64,000 nucleotides of DNA from Octopus vulgaris (lineage: Eukaryota), in the NCBI GenBank assembly GCA_951406725.2, contig OX597814.1, forward strand, positions 217,744,001 through 217,808,000, read 5' to 3'. Below the pieces are notes generated by a model that was given only the letters and a program-made list of their open reading frames with translations, was not told the DNA's origin and made no database searches. The position numbers and the translations under genes were made by a program. Below are positions 1 to 12,960 of the stretch, one piece after another. The first letter of the stretch is position 1; each line of letters starts with the position of its first letter.

Positions 1-282
1 CCATAGCTGAAATGATAGTTGAATGATATGTATATATATATAATAATAATATGAGGGAATATTATTCCAAACTTACAGGGAAAAATTCAATTTAGAAATA
101 CTAAATCAAATTTCACAAAATATAATATACATATAAATTAGAAAAAATCCACCTTTTATCAATTCAAAATGAAAAATTAAATTACACCATCTAGAAAATT
201 ACATATAATAGAAATATTAAATATAAAAAATATACCGATGATTAAGTAATGTGCAAAATAATGAATAAAACGTATGTATTTG

Positions 283-400
283 GTAGAATAACGACACGTG
301 TTTCGTGGCTATATTTAAGAAATGATTATAATAAAAATATTAGCAGTAGTAGTAAAATCGCTTCAATATAAATATAGCCACTCATCAGGTTAAAAATAAC
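283..400 (-). ncRNA. Type I hammerhead ribozyme motif with long helix II (Penelope/retrozyme-like repeat)
   Basis: Minus strand reads TAAC-CTGATGA-GTGGCTATATTTA..loop..TAAATATAGCCAC-GAAA-C-ACGT-G-TC-GTTA. All core nucleotides are intact and the cleavage triplet is GUC. Confidence 0.75.
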
Positions 401-546
401 TACAATAATAAAATAATTAATTAATAAATATACATAAATAATCTTTTAAAATATAAATATATTCTTTAAAATAGAAATCTCTCTCTCTATATATATATAT
501 ATAAAAACATATAAAACACTCATATTTATTTGTTATTCTTTGACAG

Positions 547-730
547 AGATTCTATAAAAAGTCTGCAGCATTCGTCCTTCGAGCTGTTGCTAAACATTCT
601 CCAAGTCTAGCTAAGGCTGTAGTAAACAGTGGTGCCCTCGAATCTCTGGCTGTTTGTTTAGAAGAGTTTGACCCTGAAGTTAAAGAGTCTGCTGCCTGGG
701 CATTTGGATATATTGCTGCACACAACGCAG
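547..730 (+). CDS. SPAG6: SPAG6/PF16 internal coding exon (RFYKKSAAFVLRAVAKHSP...WAFGYIAAHNA); upstream exons lie outside the window
   Basis: Acceptor tgacAG at 545-546 and donor GTAAAT at 731; 184 nt, phase 0 to 1. The translation is the recognisable SPAG6 armadillo sequence and is not in the supplied ORF track. Confidence 0.95.
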
Positions 731-1845
731 GTAAATTTATTCACACCTATTTCACCTCATGCATCCAATAGTCAAACCTGGTCAATTAAATTCTTGTATT
801 TTGTAGTTTTGATTTTTTAATTTTTATTTCAGATCTGTTATATTTATATTTTAGTGAATGAACTATGATGAATATTAGAATAAAAACTTGCTGAAGTAGA
901 AGATAACATAAATAACCTAACTAAGCACTTCTTATTTCTCTTGCCTCAGTTCAGATTCCACTAGAGTTGGGTGACTTAAAGCTATGCAGTATAAAATATG
1001 CTCCTTTGGTCTGAAAGAGTTTTCTATAGGCTAATGTTTCATGAAGCTCTCGCTTCATTGTATTAAATGGATGAGAAAAAACTAGCCATTGGATGTTCGG
1101 TCATAGACAGTAACCATGGTGCATCTAGTAACTTTTCCAAACTTAGGAAACATAGAATTAACCATGTTTCTCAGAAACAGCTTGATTTTCATCTTCTAGG
1201 ATCAAAGTAAATTTAGAGTAGGAATTTTTTTTCTCTTACTTGGTTTGAAAGAAAGGGGCCATGTTCATAATGTTCACCGGTCGTCTGGGACTGGGAAGAT
1301 TAATGTTATCAAAGTTCTGGTTATCCTGTTGCAAGTCATTGACTGCAAGAAAGGCATGAACAGAAAGGGAATTTCAGTGAACAAAGGTTCTGGGGAGGAA
1401 GAACTGGGTGTAGTAGTTAGTGAGGGACTTGATGGGGGCTGACGACAAAATGAGAAACAGAAGAAAAGGAGGCGAGTAAGCGTAGAGCACCTGAGTAAAG
1501 GTGGGATGAAACTAGCTTGCTCTGAGAAGAGGCCATTGTAGTAATAGGGGAAAAGGTAGAAAGTGAGAGACAGAATGTCTGTGTTAAAGATTGGGGTATG
1601 TCTGTGGGTGACTTCATGCGGTTAGCAGGAATAGGATTTTTCTTTTATTTGTTTATGGTCTAGAAAAGGTATGGGAAAACTGCAGCCTGTGGGCCTTTCA
1701 GAATGGGATGCCTGACTAAAACAAATTACCTTGAAAATACTTTTAGTAGTGTGGTCCACATGATGATGAGTTATGTCTCATGCAGCCAGCTTCTTGGAAA
1801 ATGTTGCCCATGCCTGATCTACAATGTGTGTAACACCAGCAGCAA

Positions 1846-1877
<32 letters not shown>

Positions 1878-2450
1878 GCAGCAGTACTATCCCAGATGTG
1901 GGAGCAGCATTGCATTGTGGGAGTTTTGTAAAAGGCCGGTAGTTGTTGAAAAGCTGAAATATTTTCTGGCTCTGAAGGGAAGGATCAGTCTTTGAGATGC
2001 AGTCTTAAAGGAAGTGCATTTGCCATGAGAAATCATCATTTGGAGCAGTTGTTTGGAGATCTCTGGATGCAAGCTACTCATGTTTAACCCTTTAGAATTT
2101 AAACCATCCATATCCAGCCAAAATATTGTACCTGCTTTATGTTCAAACTGTCCAGATCCAGCCTCTCACACCTACTTGACAGTGTCATTCTAAAAGTAAA
2201 CAATCACATCATTGATATCTCAGATAATTCACGAATAAATTCAAAGCAATATGAATAAATAAGTAATACATTTCACCGAGAAACCTGAATGGTAAAGGAT
2301 TAAGGTAGGGTAAGACAGGTAGTGAGATCAATTCAAAATTCAACTGATTATTCCCACCAACAACTGATCAGATCTGAAGTATGTTTTGGCTTAAAGAAAG
2401 AAGTTTAGTTTTAGAAATATCTATGAGGTTTAGTAGGATGTTGTTTATGT

Positions 2451-2833
2451 GGAGGCGCAATGGCCCAGTGGTTAGGGCAGCGGACTCGCGGTCATAGGAT
2501 CACGGTTTCGATTCCCAGACCGGGCGTTGTGAGTGTTTATTGAGCGAAAACACCTAAAAACTCCACGAGACTCCGGCAGGGGACGGTGGTGATCCCTGCT
2601 GTACTCTTTCACCACAACTTTCTCTCACTCTTACTTCCTGTTTCTGTTGTACCTGTATTTCAAAGGGCCGGCCTTGTCACTCTCTGTGTCACGCTGAATA
2701 TCCCCGAGAACTACGTTAAGGGTACACGTGTCTGTGGAGTGCTCAGCCACTTACACGTTAATTTCACGAACAGGCTGTTCCGTTGATCGAATCAACCGGA
2801 ACCCTCATCGTTGTAACCGACGGAGTGCTTCCA
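2451..2833 (+). mobile_element. Young tRNA-derived SINE (family A)
   Basis: Box A TGGCCCAGTGG, box B GGTTTCGATTCC; TSD TTGTTTATGT. Confidence 0.9.
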
Positions 2834-3360
2834 TTTGTTTATGTGTACATATGGCCTGTTCTGTGTTGTGATAATCTTTATGTAATGCTGAAGGAGTCTT
2901 GATGGCCGTTTCACCATTAGATAATATTTTTTGAGATGACCGATCATCGCAACAGTGCAAATATAGAATGTGACATCCAGATTGTGTATGGTTAAGGAGA
3001 AGTTAGGAATGGTACATTGTTAGCAAAGGTGTGTGTGTTTGTGATGTGTGTGCGCGTGTTACTGGAAGTGAAAGTAAAAATCTTTCATGCTAATAAGAAT
3101 CTGGGACATAACCGAGTTCCATTTAACGTGCACCAGTGTTGATGACTACAAGTCAGAAAGAAATCGTCACCAGTGCTTGCTGCAACAGAGCAGGCTGGGA
3201 GAAAGATTTATATGAAACCCAAAGCTGAGAAACTTAGCGAAGAGGGTCTCCTACCGCACGCATGGTTGAGGGCCTTGCTAATGGAAAGGGCAATAGCTTT
3301 CCTTGGAGTTCTCAAGAGTGAAAGTCAACTTGTACACAGCATAGGTGTATGTGAGTTTGT

Positions 3361-3361
<1 letters not shown>

Positions 3362-3434
<73 letters not shown>

Positions 3435-3710
3435 TGTGTATGTGTGCGTGTGTTTGTATATGTGTATGTGTGTTTGTATATGTGTGTGTGCTTGCATGCA
3501 TGTGTGTGTGAATTTATGTGTTTGTATATGTGTATGTATGTGTGTGTGTGTGTACGTGTGCATGTTTTTGTATATGTATATGTGTGTTTGTATATGTGTG
3601 TGTGCTTGTGTGTATGTGTGTGTGAGTTTATGTGTTTGTATATGTGTGTGTGTGTGTGTGTGTGTTTGTATATGCGTATGTGCTTGTGTATGTATGTGTG
3701 TGTGTGTGTG
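3362..3710. repeat. (TG)n and degenerate compound microsatellite
   Basis: Directly visible. Confidence 0.95.
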
Positions 3711-3912
3711 CATGATGTATATTTTCCTTTTTAATATGATTTGAGTCAGATTTGGCTCCTACTTCCAGCAGAATGAGTAAACATAATAAGGGTCCCTCAT
3801 TGGCTCCTGACTTAAGGTATTAAAGGTGTGATTATTTATGATTGGCTTACCTTTGGAATACTATATTCAAGAAATTCAAATCCCGTCTATAATATTTCTT
3901 TGTGTTGATCAG

Positions 3913-4118
3913 AACTTTCTCAAGCTGTGGTGGATGCAGGTGCTGTCCCTCTCCTTGTGCTCTGCATCCAGGAACCTGAAGTATCCCTGAAAAGTATTGC
4001 TGCTTCTGCACTTAGTGATATCTGCAAACATTCACCTGAATTGGCTCAAACTGTTGTGGACTGTGGTGCTATTGCTCACCTCTCACAGATGACACTGAAT
4101 CCAAACTCTAGACTAAAA
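3913..4118 (+). CDS. SPAG6: SPAG6 coding exon (ELSQAVVDAGAVPLLVLCIQEPE...LNPNSRLK)
   Basis: AG at 3911-3912 and GTAAGT at 4119; 206 nt, phase 1 to 0, matching the previous exon. Confidence 0.96.
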
Positions 4119-4273
4119 GTAAGTCAAAAGTTTTACTATTTTAGTCATGACCAATAAATAATTTTTTCTAAATATTATTACTGAAACAAGTGAGTGTTGG
4201 TGACTGGAAGGGCATCCAGTCTTAGAAAAATCTGTCTCAAGGGATTCCGTCTGGGAAAGTAGGCATTAAGAAA

Positions 4274-4391
4274 ATGATGATGATGATGATGATGATGGTG
4301 ATGAGAACGATGATGATGGTGGTGGTGGTGATGATGATGATGATGATGGTGGTGGTAGTGGTGGTGGTGGTGGTGGTGGTTGTGGTGGTGG

Positions 4392-4425
<34 letters not shown>

Positions 4426-4487
4426 GGTGGTGGTGGTGATGATGATGATGGATGGTGGTGGTGGTGGTGGTGGTGGTGATGATGATG

Positions 4488-4545
<58 letters not shown>

Positions 4546-4548
4546 CGG

Positions 4549-4583
<35 letters not shown>

Positions 4584-4720
4584 GTGGTAGTGGTGGTGGT
4601 GGTAGTGGTGGTGGTGGTGGTGGTGGTGATGATGATGATGATGATGATGATGAGGATGATGGTGGTGCTGGTGGTGGTAGTGGTGATGATGATGATGATG
4701 ATGATGATAATGATGATGAT
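4274..4720. repeat. Compound (GAT)n/(GGT)n trinucleotide microsatellite
   Basis: Directly visible. Confidence 0.95.
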
Positions 4721-5047
4721 AGTATGACCGAATGATTAAGAACTTTCCTTCACAGTCTTGAGATGCCAAGGTGGCGCTGGGGAATTGAATCTCACCATAT
4801 TGTTTGCAAAGCATACTTTTGAACCATGCAGCCAAGCCTGTACTTATTTACAAATTTTAAAATAGGGGAGCTAGAGGAACAAAAGGAAAGCTTTAAATAA
4901 TTTGGAAATTTATGGCTGTGGGGTTAAAAAGCTTGCTTTGCCACCATGTAAGTGTGTCATGTTGGGCAAATGTCCCTTACTACAGTCCTGGGTCAACCAA
5001 AGCCATGTGACCAAATTTTGTTGACAGAATCTGTGTGGAAAACCATT

Positions 5048-5437
<390 letters not shown>

Positions 5438-5698
5438 AAGTGCATGTGTGTGTGTGTGTGTCTTTGTGTTTATGTCTGTCCCCACTATTTGACAATCGGT
5501 GATGGTTTGTCTACATCCCTGTAACTCAGCAGTTTTGCAAAATAGACAAGTAGGATAGGCACCAGACTTAAAACATATCTTCTGGGGTTGATTTGCTTAA
5601 ATAAACCCTTCAAGGCAGTGCCCCAGCATGGCTGTAGTCCAACAAATGAAACAAGTAAAAGACAAAACAATAAAAAATAATCTTTGTAATATATACAT

Positions 5699-5730
<32 letters not shown>

Positions 5731-5732
<2 letters not shown>

Positions 5733-6065
5733 GATGGTGACCCCCTTCGGTCAGACACTGACCATGGGTTTGCACCTAGAGAGTTACTCCCTGAGGCACA
5801 AGTCTGGGCAAGGTTGTTTTATGGAAGACCAGCAGTTGCCCATGCATACCAGCCTCCCCTCTCCACGTCACCGATGTTGTCCAAGGGAAAGGCAGATACA
5901 GCTTGGCACTCGTGACGTCGCAACTCATTTCTACAGCTGAGTGAACTGGAGCAACGTGAAATAAAGTGTCTTGCTCAAGAACACAACACGCAGCCCGGTC
6001 AGGGATTCGAGCTCACGACCTCACAATCGTAAGCTCGATGCTCTAACCACTGAGCCACGCGCCTT

Positions 6066-6066
<1 letters not shown>
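5731..6066 (-). mobile_element. tRNA-derived SINE with CORE-like central domain
   Basis: Minus strand GTGGCTCAGTGGTTAGAGC (box A), GCTCGAATCC (box B), GTTCTTGAGCAAGACACTT. Confidence 0.75.
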
Positions 6067-6117
<51 letters not shown>

Positions 6118-6120
6118 CAT

Positions 6121-6172
<52 letters not shown>

Positions 6173-6478
6173 ACTTCCAACTAATCTTGCAATAGTCCAA
6201 TACCAGGGGTTCACTCCCCTGCATGCAATATATATATCGGGTGCAGATTGCATCAATAACCAGCTGGAGGAGGACTCCTCCTGGGGTTAAAAATGGTAAT
6301 AATGTTGGTTAATATGGAACAACCATAAACATTACTTCTCAGTATAGTTATTACTTTCATGTCTTTCAGAGATTTTATAACCAGCAGTTTTCTTGTTGCA
6401 ATGTCTTTGTTTGGTTTCTAATTTTCCTAACATTTGCCTTTGCTTAGCTAAAAATCTTCCTGCTTACTTCTCTTTCAG

Positions 6479-6652
6479 AGACAAGTGTTCTCAGCTCTCA
6501 GTCAGATAGCCAAACACTCTGTTGACCTTGCTGAAATGGTTGTTGAGGCCGAAATATTCCCTTCTGTTTTGACCAGCTTGAAAGACTCAGATAATCAAGT
6601 GAAGAAGAATGTTGCCACTCTTATCCGAGAAATTGCAAAACATACTCCAGAG
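6479..6652 (+). CDS. SPAG6: SPAG6 coding exon (RQVFSALSQIAKHSVDLAEMVVEAEIFP...IREIAKHTPE)
   Basis: Pyrimidine tract plus CAG ending at 6478, GT at 6653; 174 nt, phase 0 to 0. Confidence 0.96.
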
Positions 6653-6986
6653 GTACACATTATTGATGGTTGGAGGACACATATGTGTGTTTCAAGATGC
6701 TTTAGAAGAAGTGTATATGTGACTATTCTAGATTGATGGTAAACTGTTGGCAATGCAAGTCAGTGATGCAGTTTCGATTCCCATTTAAGCAATTTTGATC
6801 ACTCCAAGAATTATGTTTCCGTTACTTATAAGATTTCATTCTTTAGTTCTATCAACCAGAGCTCATTCGATGAATTAGAATCCTTGTAATTCTGTATAAA
6901 CTAACTGTTCCAAACAAAGTATTTTCATCATTTGTAACAGAGATTCATTCTAAAGTGTTTCAGCAGCTATGACAATCCAGTCAATA

Positions 6987-7024
<38 letters not shown>

Positions 7025-7459
7025 AAAACAAGTCAGGAGTTAGAAAATGCTAAAATAATTGCTAACCAGCCACATGGTTCCGGGTTCAGTCCCATTTTGA
7101 GACCTTTTCTGCTATAGCCCCGGGCCGACCAATGCCTTGTGAGTGGATTTAGACGGAAAATTAAAAGAAAAGCCTGTCGTATATATTATATATATATATG
7201 TATGTGTGTGTGTTATAAGTGGCATTCTGTGTCTCTGTTCCCCTAGCATTGCTTGCACCGATGCTGGTGTGTTTACGTCCCCGTCACTTGAATTCTTGGT
7301 AGGGTAGAAGAAGAAGAAGGTTGAGAATAAGTACTGGGCTTACAAAAAGAAAAATTTGGGGTGCTTTGTTTGCTCGTATTTTGAATGGTCAGTGACTCCT
7401 AGCATGGTTGCAGTCAAATTCAGGACTGAATATTTCTATTGAAAGAGTAAAAGTTTATG

Positions 7460-7499
<40 letters not shown>

Positions 7500-7843
7500 G
7501 TACATACATACACACAGACAGATAGATAGATATTATCCAAAATTTATATATTTATGTATCCATCACAGCTAATCTTACTAATCGGTTTTGCACAAGGAAT
7601 ACAATGGAGTGTTAGGTAACAATCTGGTTATATAACCTTACGCTCATCAAAGTTAGCTGACATGAATGAGAATATGGTATCTGCCCTCTATTATCGGAGG
7701 TGGATTAACACAACCGGTGTGCAGCTGCTGTGCAAAAGGTAGTGAAACGAAAAAGGGCCCAGGGATTAGGTTAGGAGTCATGTCCCTTTGTTGCGTATGT
7801 TGTGAGGCTGGGAAGAGTTATCTGGAATTGTTTGTGGGGAAAT

Positions 7844-7925
<82 letters not shown>

Positions 7926-7944
7926 ACTCTTTTCTTTTATGCAG

Positions 7945-8097
7945 TTATCCCAGCTTGTTGTCAACGCAGGTGGAGTTGCTGCCATTGTTTCCTACATAGG
8001 AGAGTCCCAAGGCAACATAAGACTACCAGGAATAATGGCACTTGGCTACATTGCTGCACATGCTGAAAATCTTGCTATGGCTGTCATTGTCTCTAAG
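7945..8097 (+). CDS. SPAG6: SPAG6 coding exon (LSQLVVNAGGVAAIV...LAMAVIVSK)
   Basis: gcAG ending at 7944, GT at 8098; 153 nt, phase 0 to 0. Confidence 0.96.
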
Positions 8098-8462
8098 GTA
8101 CAGTTGGCTATTTCCATTACTGTTGTCAGAAAAAAACCCCTCAAAAATTAAATTAATATTGATTTCAAATTTTGGTACAAGGCCAGTAATTTCATTGGAA
8201 GGAATAAGACGATTACATCGACCCCGATGTTCAACTGGCACTTATTTTATCTACCCTGAAAGGTTAAAAGGTAAGGTTGACCTCAGCAGAATTTGAACTC
8301 AGAACATAGAGATGGCCGAACTACTGCTAAGCATTTTGCCCCGTGCGGTAACGATTATCCCAGCTCACCACCTTAGACAATTAATCTGAATGGACTAAGT
8401 GGAGCAGGAGCAAATGGGAGGACTGGACTAAGTAGAGCAGGAGCATACATGGGGACAGAAAG

Positions 8463-8507
8463 TGTTACTGAAGAGGTCACAGATGTGTGGCGAAAGATTT
8501 CTGGACA
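8463..8507 (+). ncRNA. Minimal hammerhead-like motif in Penelope-like terminal-repeat remnant
   Basis: CTGAAGA-G-GTCACA-GATG-TGTGGC-GAAA-GATTTC-TGGAC; same repeat family as the copy at 12034..12076. Confidence 0.5.
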
Positions 8508-8774
8508 ATGGACATTAGTTACAATAAGAACAATAATAAACAAGTGAAGAACAAATAAATAGTCCATGTGTTTATTTGGCAAAGAAAGTAAAATAACTAT
8601 AATTACATTAATATTAAATAAAATAGCTATTCACAGCTATATTTTAAATACAAACTTAATTAAAATTAGTATCCTTTGGCCCCTTATTATCTCTAATCAG
8701 TCCACATCCGTTAACTTCCTAATATTCTTCATTAATATTAAAAATGAGTAATCCTATTGCATGAGTGATTCTTA

Positions 8775-9015
8775 TTTCTTATTTCTTTATTGCCCACAAG
8801 GGGCTAAACATAGAGGGGACAAACAAGGACAGACAAAGGGATTAAGTTGATTAGATCGACCCCAGTGTGTAACTGGTACTTAATTTATCGAGCGCGAAAG
8901 GATGAAAGGCAAAGTTGACCTTGGCAAAATTTGAACTCAGAACGTACCGGCAGACGGAATACTGCTAAGCATTTTGCCCGGTGTGCTGCTGCTGCTGTTT
9001 CTGCCAGCTTGCTGC
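8775..9015 (-). mobile_element. SINE family C with CCTTTCATCCTTTC..GTCGATAAA central domain (other copies about 8158..8373, 9445..9674, 13250..13465, 30808..31020, 51681..51885, 52302..52720)
   Basis: Repeated GTTCTGAGTTCAAATT box B plus a central motif resembling the widely shared Meta/Nin-type SINE domains. Confidence 0.7.
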
Positions 9016-9044
9016 CTTCTTATTCTTATTCCATCAGATATAGA

Positions 9045-9266
9045 CAAAGGGGTGCTGAAAAATTCCTGGCTTTAAGGATATCACGAGAGGCCTGGTTGGA
9101 GGCCCAACATTCTGAGTTCTTTTTGTACAGGGCTTAGAAAAGCTGAAGGACTGCTGCAATAAGTGTGTGAATTTGAGAAGGGGAATATGTTGAATAAAAT
9201 CATAATTAACTGATCCTCTTGTATTTTCATTTACCCAAAGCCAGGAACTTTTCAGTATCCACCTGC
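9045..9266. mobile_element. Mariner-derived MITE
   Basis: TIRs CTGAAAAATTCCTGGCTTT / AAAGCCAGGAACTTTTCAG; a second copy lies at 56100..56317 in the opposite orientation. Confidence 0.75.
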
Positions 9267-9269
9267 ATA

Positions 9270-9300
<31 letters not shown>

Positions 9301-9891
9301 GTGTGTGTGTGTAGGGATTGGTGCAGTTTTCTGACTTGCCAGTACCTGTGGAACTATCCAACCCATGCCAGCATGGAAAACAAACATTAAAGGATAAATT
9401 ATGATGATGATTATGATGATGATGATACATATATATATATATATTTCTTTACTACCCACGAGGGGCTAAAAACAGAGGGGACAAACAAGGACAGACAAAG
9501 GGATTAAGTCGATTACATCGACCCCAGTGTGAAACTGGTACTTTATTTATCGACCCCGAGAGGATGAAAAGGCAAAGTTGACCTCAGCGGAATTTGAACT
9601 CAGAACGTAACGACAGACGAAATATCACTAAGCATTTCACCTGGTGCACTAATGTTTCTGCCAGCTCACCGCCTTATGATACTTATATATATATATATAT
9701 ATATGCACACACATACACACACAGACACACACACACACACAGACACACACACACACAGACACACACACACAGAGACACACACACACACACAGACACACAC
9801 ACACACATACACACACACAGACACAGACAGACACACATACACACAGACAGACAGACACACACACACACACACACACACACAGTCACACACA

Positions 9892-9932
<41 letters not shown>

Positions 9933-11535
9933 GCAAGTGTCATTGCATCTCTGTGTATATAGACTAACTCTTTACCCCTTCTTCCATTTCTTGCTCTCTT
10001 TAGTTGGGTCATCTTCATCATTGACCAACTACTTATAACAGGACACTACTTATGTCTGATACTTATTTTATCGATCACTTTTGCTGAACCTCTGTGTCAC
10101 AAGGCATAAATAAACTAAGATTGATTGTCAAGGTGATTGATTGATGGGAGGTGGGCACAAACAAAAACTCAAGCACACATAAATACATACATATATACAT
10201 GCATACATGTGTGTGTGTTGGGAGAATTCATGAAAAAAAACAATATATATATCATCATCATCATCATCATCGTTTTCCGCGCTAGCATGGGTTGGACGGT
10301 TCGACCGGGGTCTGGGAAGCCAGGAGGCTACACCAGGCTCCAGTCTGATCTGGCAGTGTTTCTACAGCTTGATGCCCTTCCTAACGCCAACCACTCCGCG
10401 AGTGTAGTGGGTGCTTTTTACGTGCCACCTGCACAGGTGCCAGGGGTGGTCTGGCATCGGCCACGATCGGTTGGTGCTTTTAATGTGCCACTGGCACAGA
10501 AGCCAGTCGAGGCAGCGCTGGCATTGGCCCGGCGCTGGCATATATATACATGTATGAATGTATGTATATATAAAGGGATTCCATGCAGCTCCCAGCTATC
10601 ACATCCACTCACAAGGCATTAGCTGACCAAAGATTATAGTAGAAGACATTTGCTCAACGGGCTGTGCAGTGGGACTGAACCTGAAGCCACATGGTTGCAA
10701 GTCAAATTGTTTAATCACACAGCCATGCCTGATTAGAAAATGTTTGCATGACATCTACCTGAGAAAATTATTGACCACAGACTTCTGTTGACAGACTAGA
10801 AATTCTGTCTAGAGCTCAATGTGTTGGTTCACTAACAAAATATTTCTAAACTCACTCACTGATCTTTGTGACCTCACCAACCATCCTACTCTTCAGCCAG
10901 TCATTTCTCTATCCAGCCTGTTCAGCCCCATCTGAAGCCACCCTTGGCTCACTGATACAAACTAATCCCTTGTTTTAAAGCACCTTCCTTTCTGTTCATT
11001 TATCTTCCAAATGCCAGCTTTATCAATGACCATGTTGTTTTACTAAATTTGTGGTTGCCATCATTGCAGTTACCGTCTTTGTCATTGTCAATCACTGTCA
11101 TCATCATCATCATCATTACCACCACCACCAGCGACTTTGAGGGCTACCTCCCAGTGGTGTCAGGCGTCAACGAAGAGCCCTCGACTACAACAAGACGACC
11201 AAAGTTTTTTTTTTCCAAGTCTGGGGTCTCCCGCTCCTAAGCCCTAGACCATCACGTAATCACCCTTACCCATCTTGTTGCTTAACAATAACGACAACAA
11301 CAGCAGCAGCAGCACCATTACCACCACCACCACCACCACCACCACAACTACCACTGCCATCATTGCTAATGTCAGCCCCACCCCCCATACCACTCCCATC
11401 ATCACAATGGAATTCCTTATTGTATCATTGTTATTTCAATTGTCAGTGGTGACTGCAATCTCCGTGCCTTTACCAGATTTCCATCTACATAACATAAATA
11501 CCAAGTTCTTCTCTTGTATTTACTTTGGCTTATAG

Positions 11536-11727
11536 GGTGCTATACAGTTGACTCAGATTTTCACAGAGAAAGAAGAAGATCATTTACAAAGTGCTGCAGC
11601 ATGGTCACTTGGACAGATTGGGCGCCATACTCCAGAACATTCTAAAGCTGTAGCTTTGACTAATGTTCTATCATTCCTTCTTCAGAAATATTTAGATCCT
11701 TCTTCCTCTGAAGATCTTCAGATCAAG
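11536..11727 (+). CDS. SPAG6: SPAG6 coding exon (GAIQLTQIF...AAAWSLGQIGRHTPEH...SSEDLQIK)
   Basis: tAG ending at 11535, GTAAAG at 11728; 192 nt, phase 0 to 0. Confidence 0.95.
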
Positions 11728-11980
11728 GTAAAGTTCTATCAAACACATTTGTACTGATCACACAGGGTAGTTCTACTAATTAATCTTCAGATAGGTTATG
11801 TGTTCTTAACCAGGAGCATCCGTATCTGTGAAGGCTGGTTTTGATATTTTACTATTGCTTCCTAAAAATATTACGGTTACGTATTTTGCAAGACTCCTGA
11901 TGTGAAACCACGTGTTGAGGAGGGTGTCATATTTTTGGCCAATTAACCACACACACTATATTCTTGATCTTCACTTCAGC

Positions 11981-12016
<36 letters not shown>

Positions 12017-12033
12017 TTTATTCTAGCATCTTT

Positions 12034-12076
12034 GTCTGAAATCTTTCGTCACACATCTTGTGACCTCTTCAGTGAC
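12034..12076 (-). ncRNA. Minimal hammerhead-like motif within an inverted duplication
   Basis: Minus strand reads GTCA-CTGAAGA-G-GTCACA-AGATG-TGTGAC-GAAA-GATTTC-AGAC. Confidence 0.5.
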
Positions 12077-12559
12077 TCCCCATCCTTTGTGTCTCCTCCT
12101 GTTCCTTTTAGTCCATTTTTGTCTTTCTGTCATTGAAGAAGTCACAAGATGTATCACAAAAGATTTCAAAGGACACTAAAATAATGATAATAATAAAGCT
12201 GAAGTGAAGAACAGGTATTCAGTGCATGTGGCTAATTGGCCAAAAATATGACCCTCCCCAAAAATAACAATATTCCTAAAAATAATTATGACAAAATGCT
12301 TATGATTTTCTCTCCTGTTCTTAATTATCTTTATGTAAATTATAATAAGAGGATGGCATCTTTTGAAATCCTGCTGGCACATAATAGAGCTAATCAGGAT
12401 GATGAGTTAGACACTTTGACAAAAGGTTTTGAGGACATATCTGGGTGACCCAGAGTGCTTCTGGAATTGTAAAAAGTATCAAGACTTCTGATATCCTTCT
12501 TCAAGTGATGTATTCAAATGTATATAGCTTGAAGAAGGATATACTCTTTACTCTTTTAC

Positions 12560-12960
12560 TCTTTTACTTGTTTCAGTCATTTGACTGTGGCCATGCTGGA
12601 GCACCGCCTTTAGTCGAGCAAATCGACCCTGGGAGTTATTCTTTGTAAGCCCAGTACTTATTCTATCGGTCTCTTTTTGCCGAACCGCTAAGTGACGGGG
12701 ACGTAAACACACACCAGCATCGGTTGTCAAGCAATGCTAGGGGGACAAACACAGACACACAAACACACACACACACATACATATATATACATATATACGA
12801 CAGGCTTCTTTCAGTTTCCGTCTACCAAATCCACTCACAAGGCATTGGTCGGCCCGAGGCTATAGTAGAAGACACTTGCCCAAGATACCACGCAGTGGGA
12901 CTGAACCCAGAACCATGAGGTTGGTTAGCAAGCTACTTACCACACAGCCACTCCTGCGCC
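12560..12960 (-). mobile_element. Abundant tRNA-derived SINE family B (other copies about 7063..7450, 35733..36117, 47828..48190, 63740..63955)
   Basis: Shared GGTTCAGTCCC box B-like head, GTGAGTGGATTTGGTAGACGGAAACTGAAAG body and GACTGAAACAAGTAAAAG tail across copies. Confidence 0.8.

Noticed and set aside
2451-2525. tRNA-like sequence
   Set aside because: Head of a multi-copy SINE with TSDs, not a stand-alone tRNA gene.
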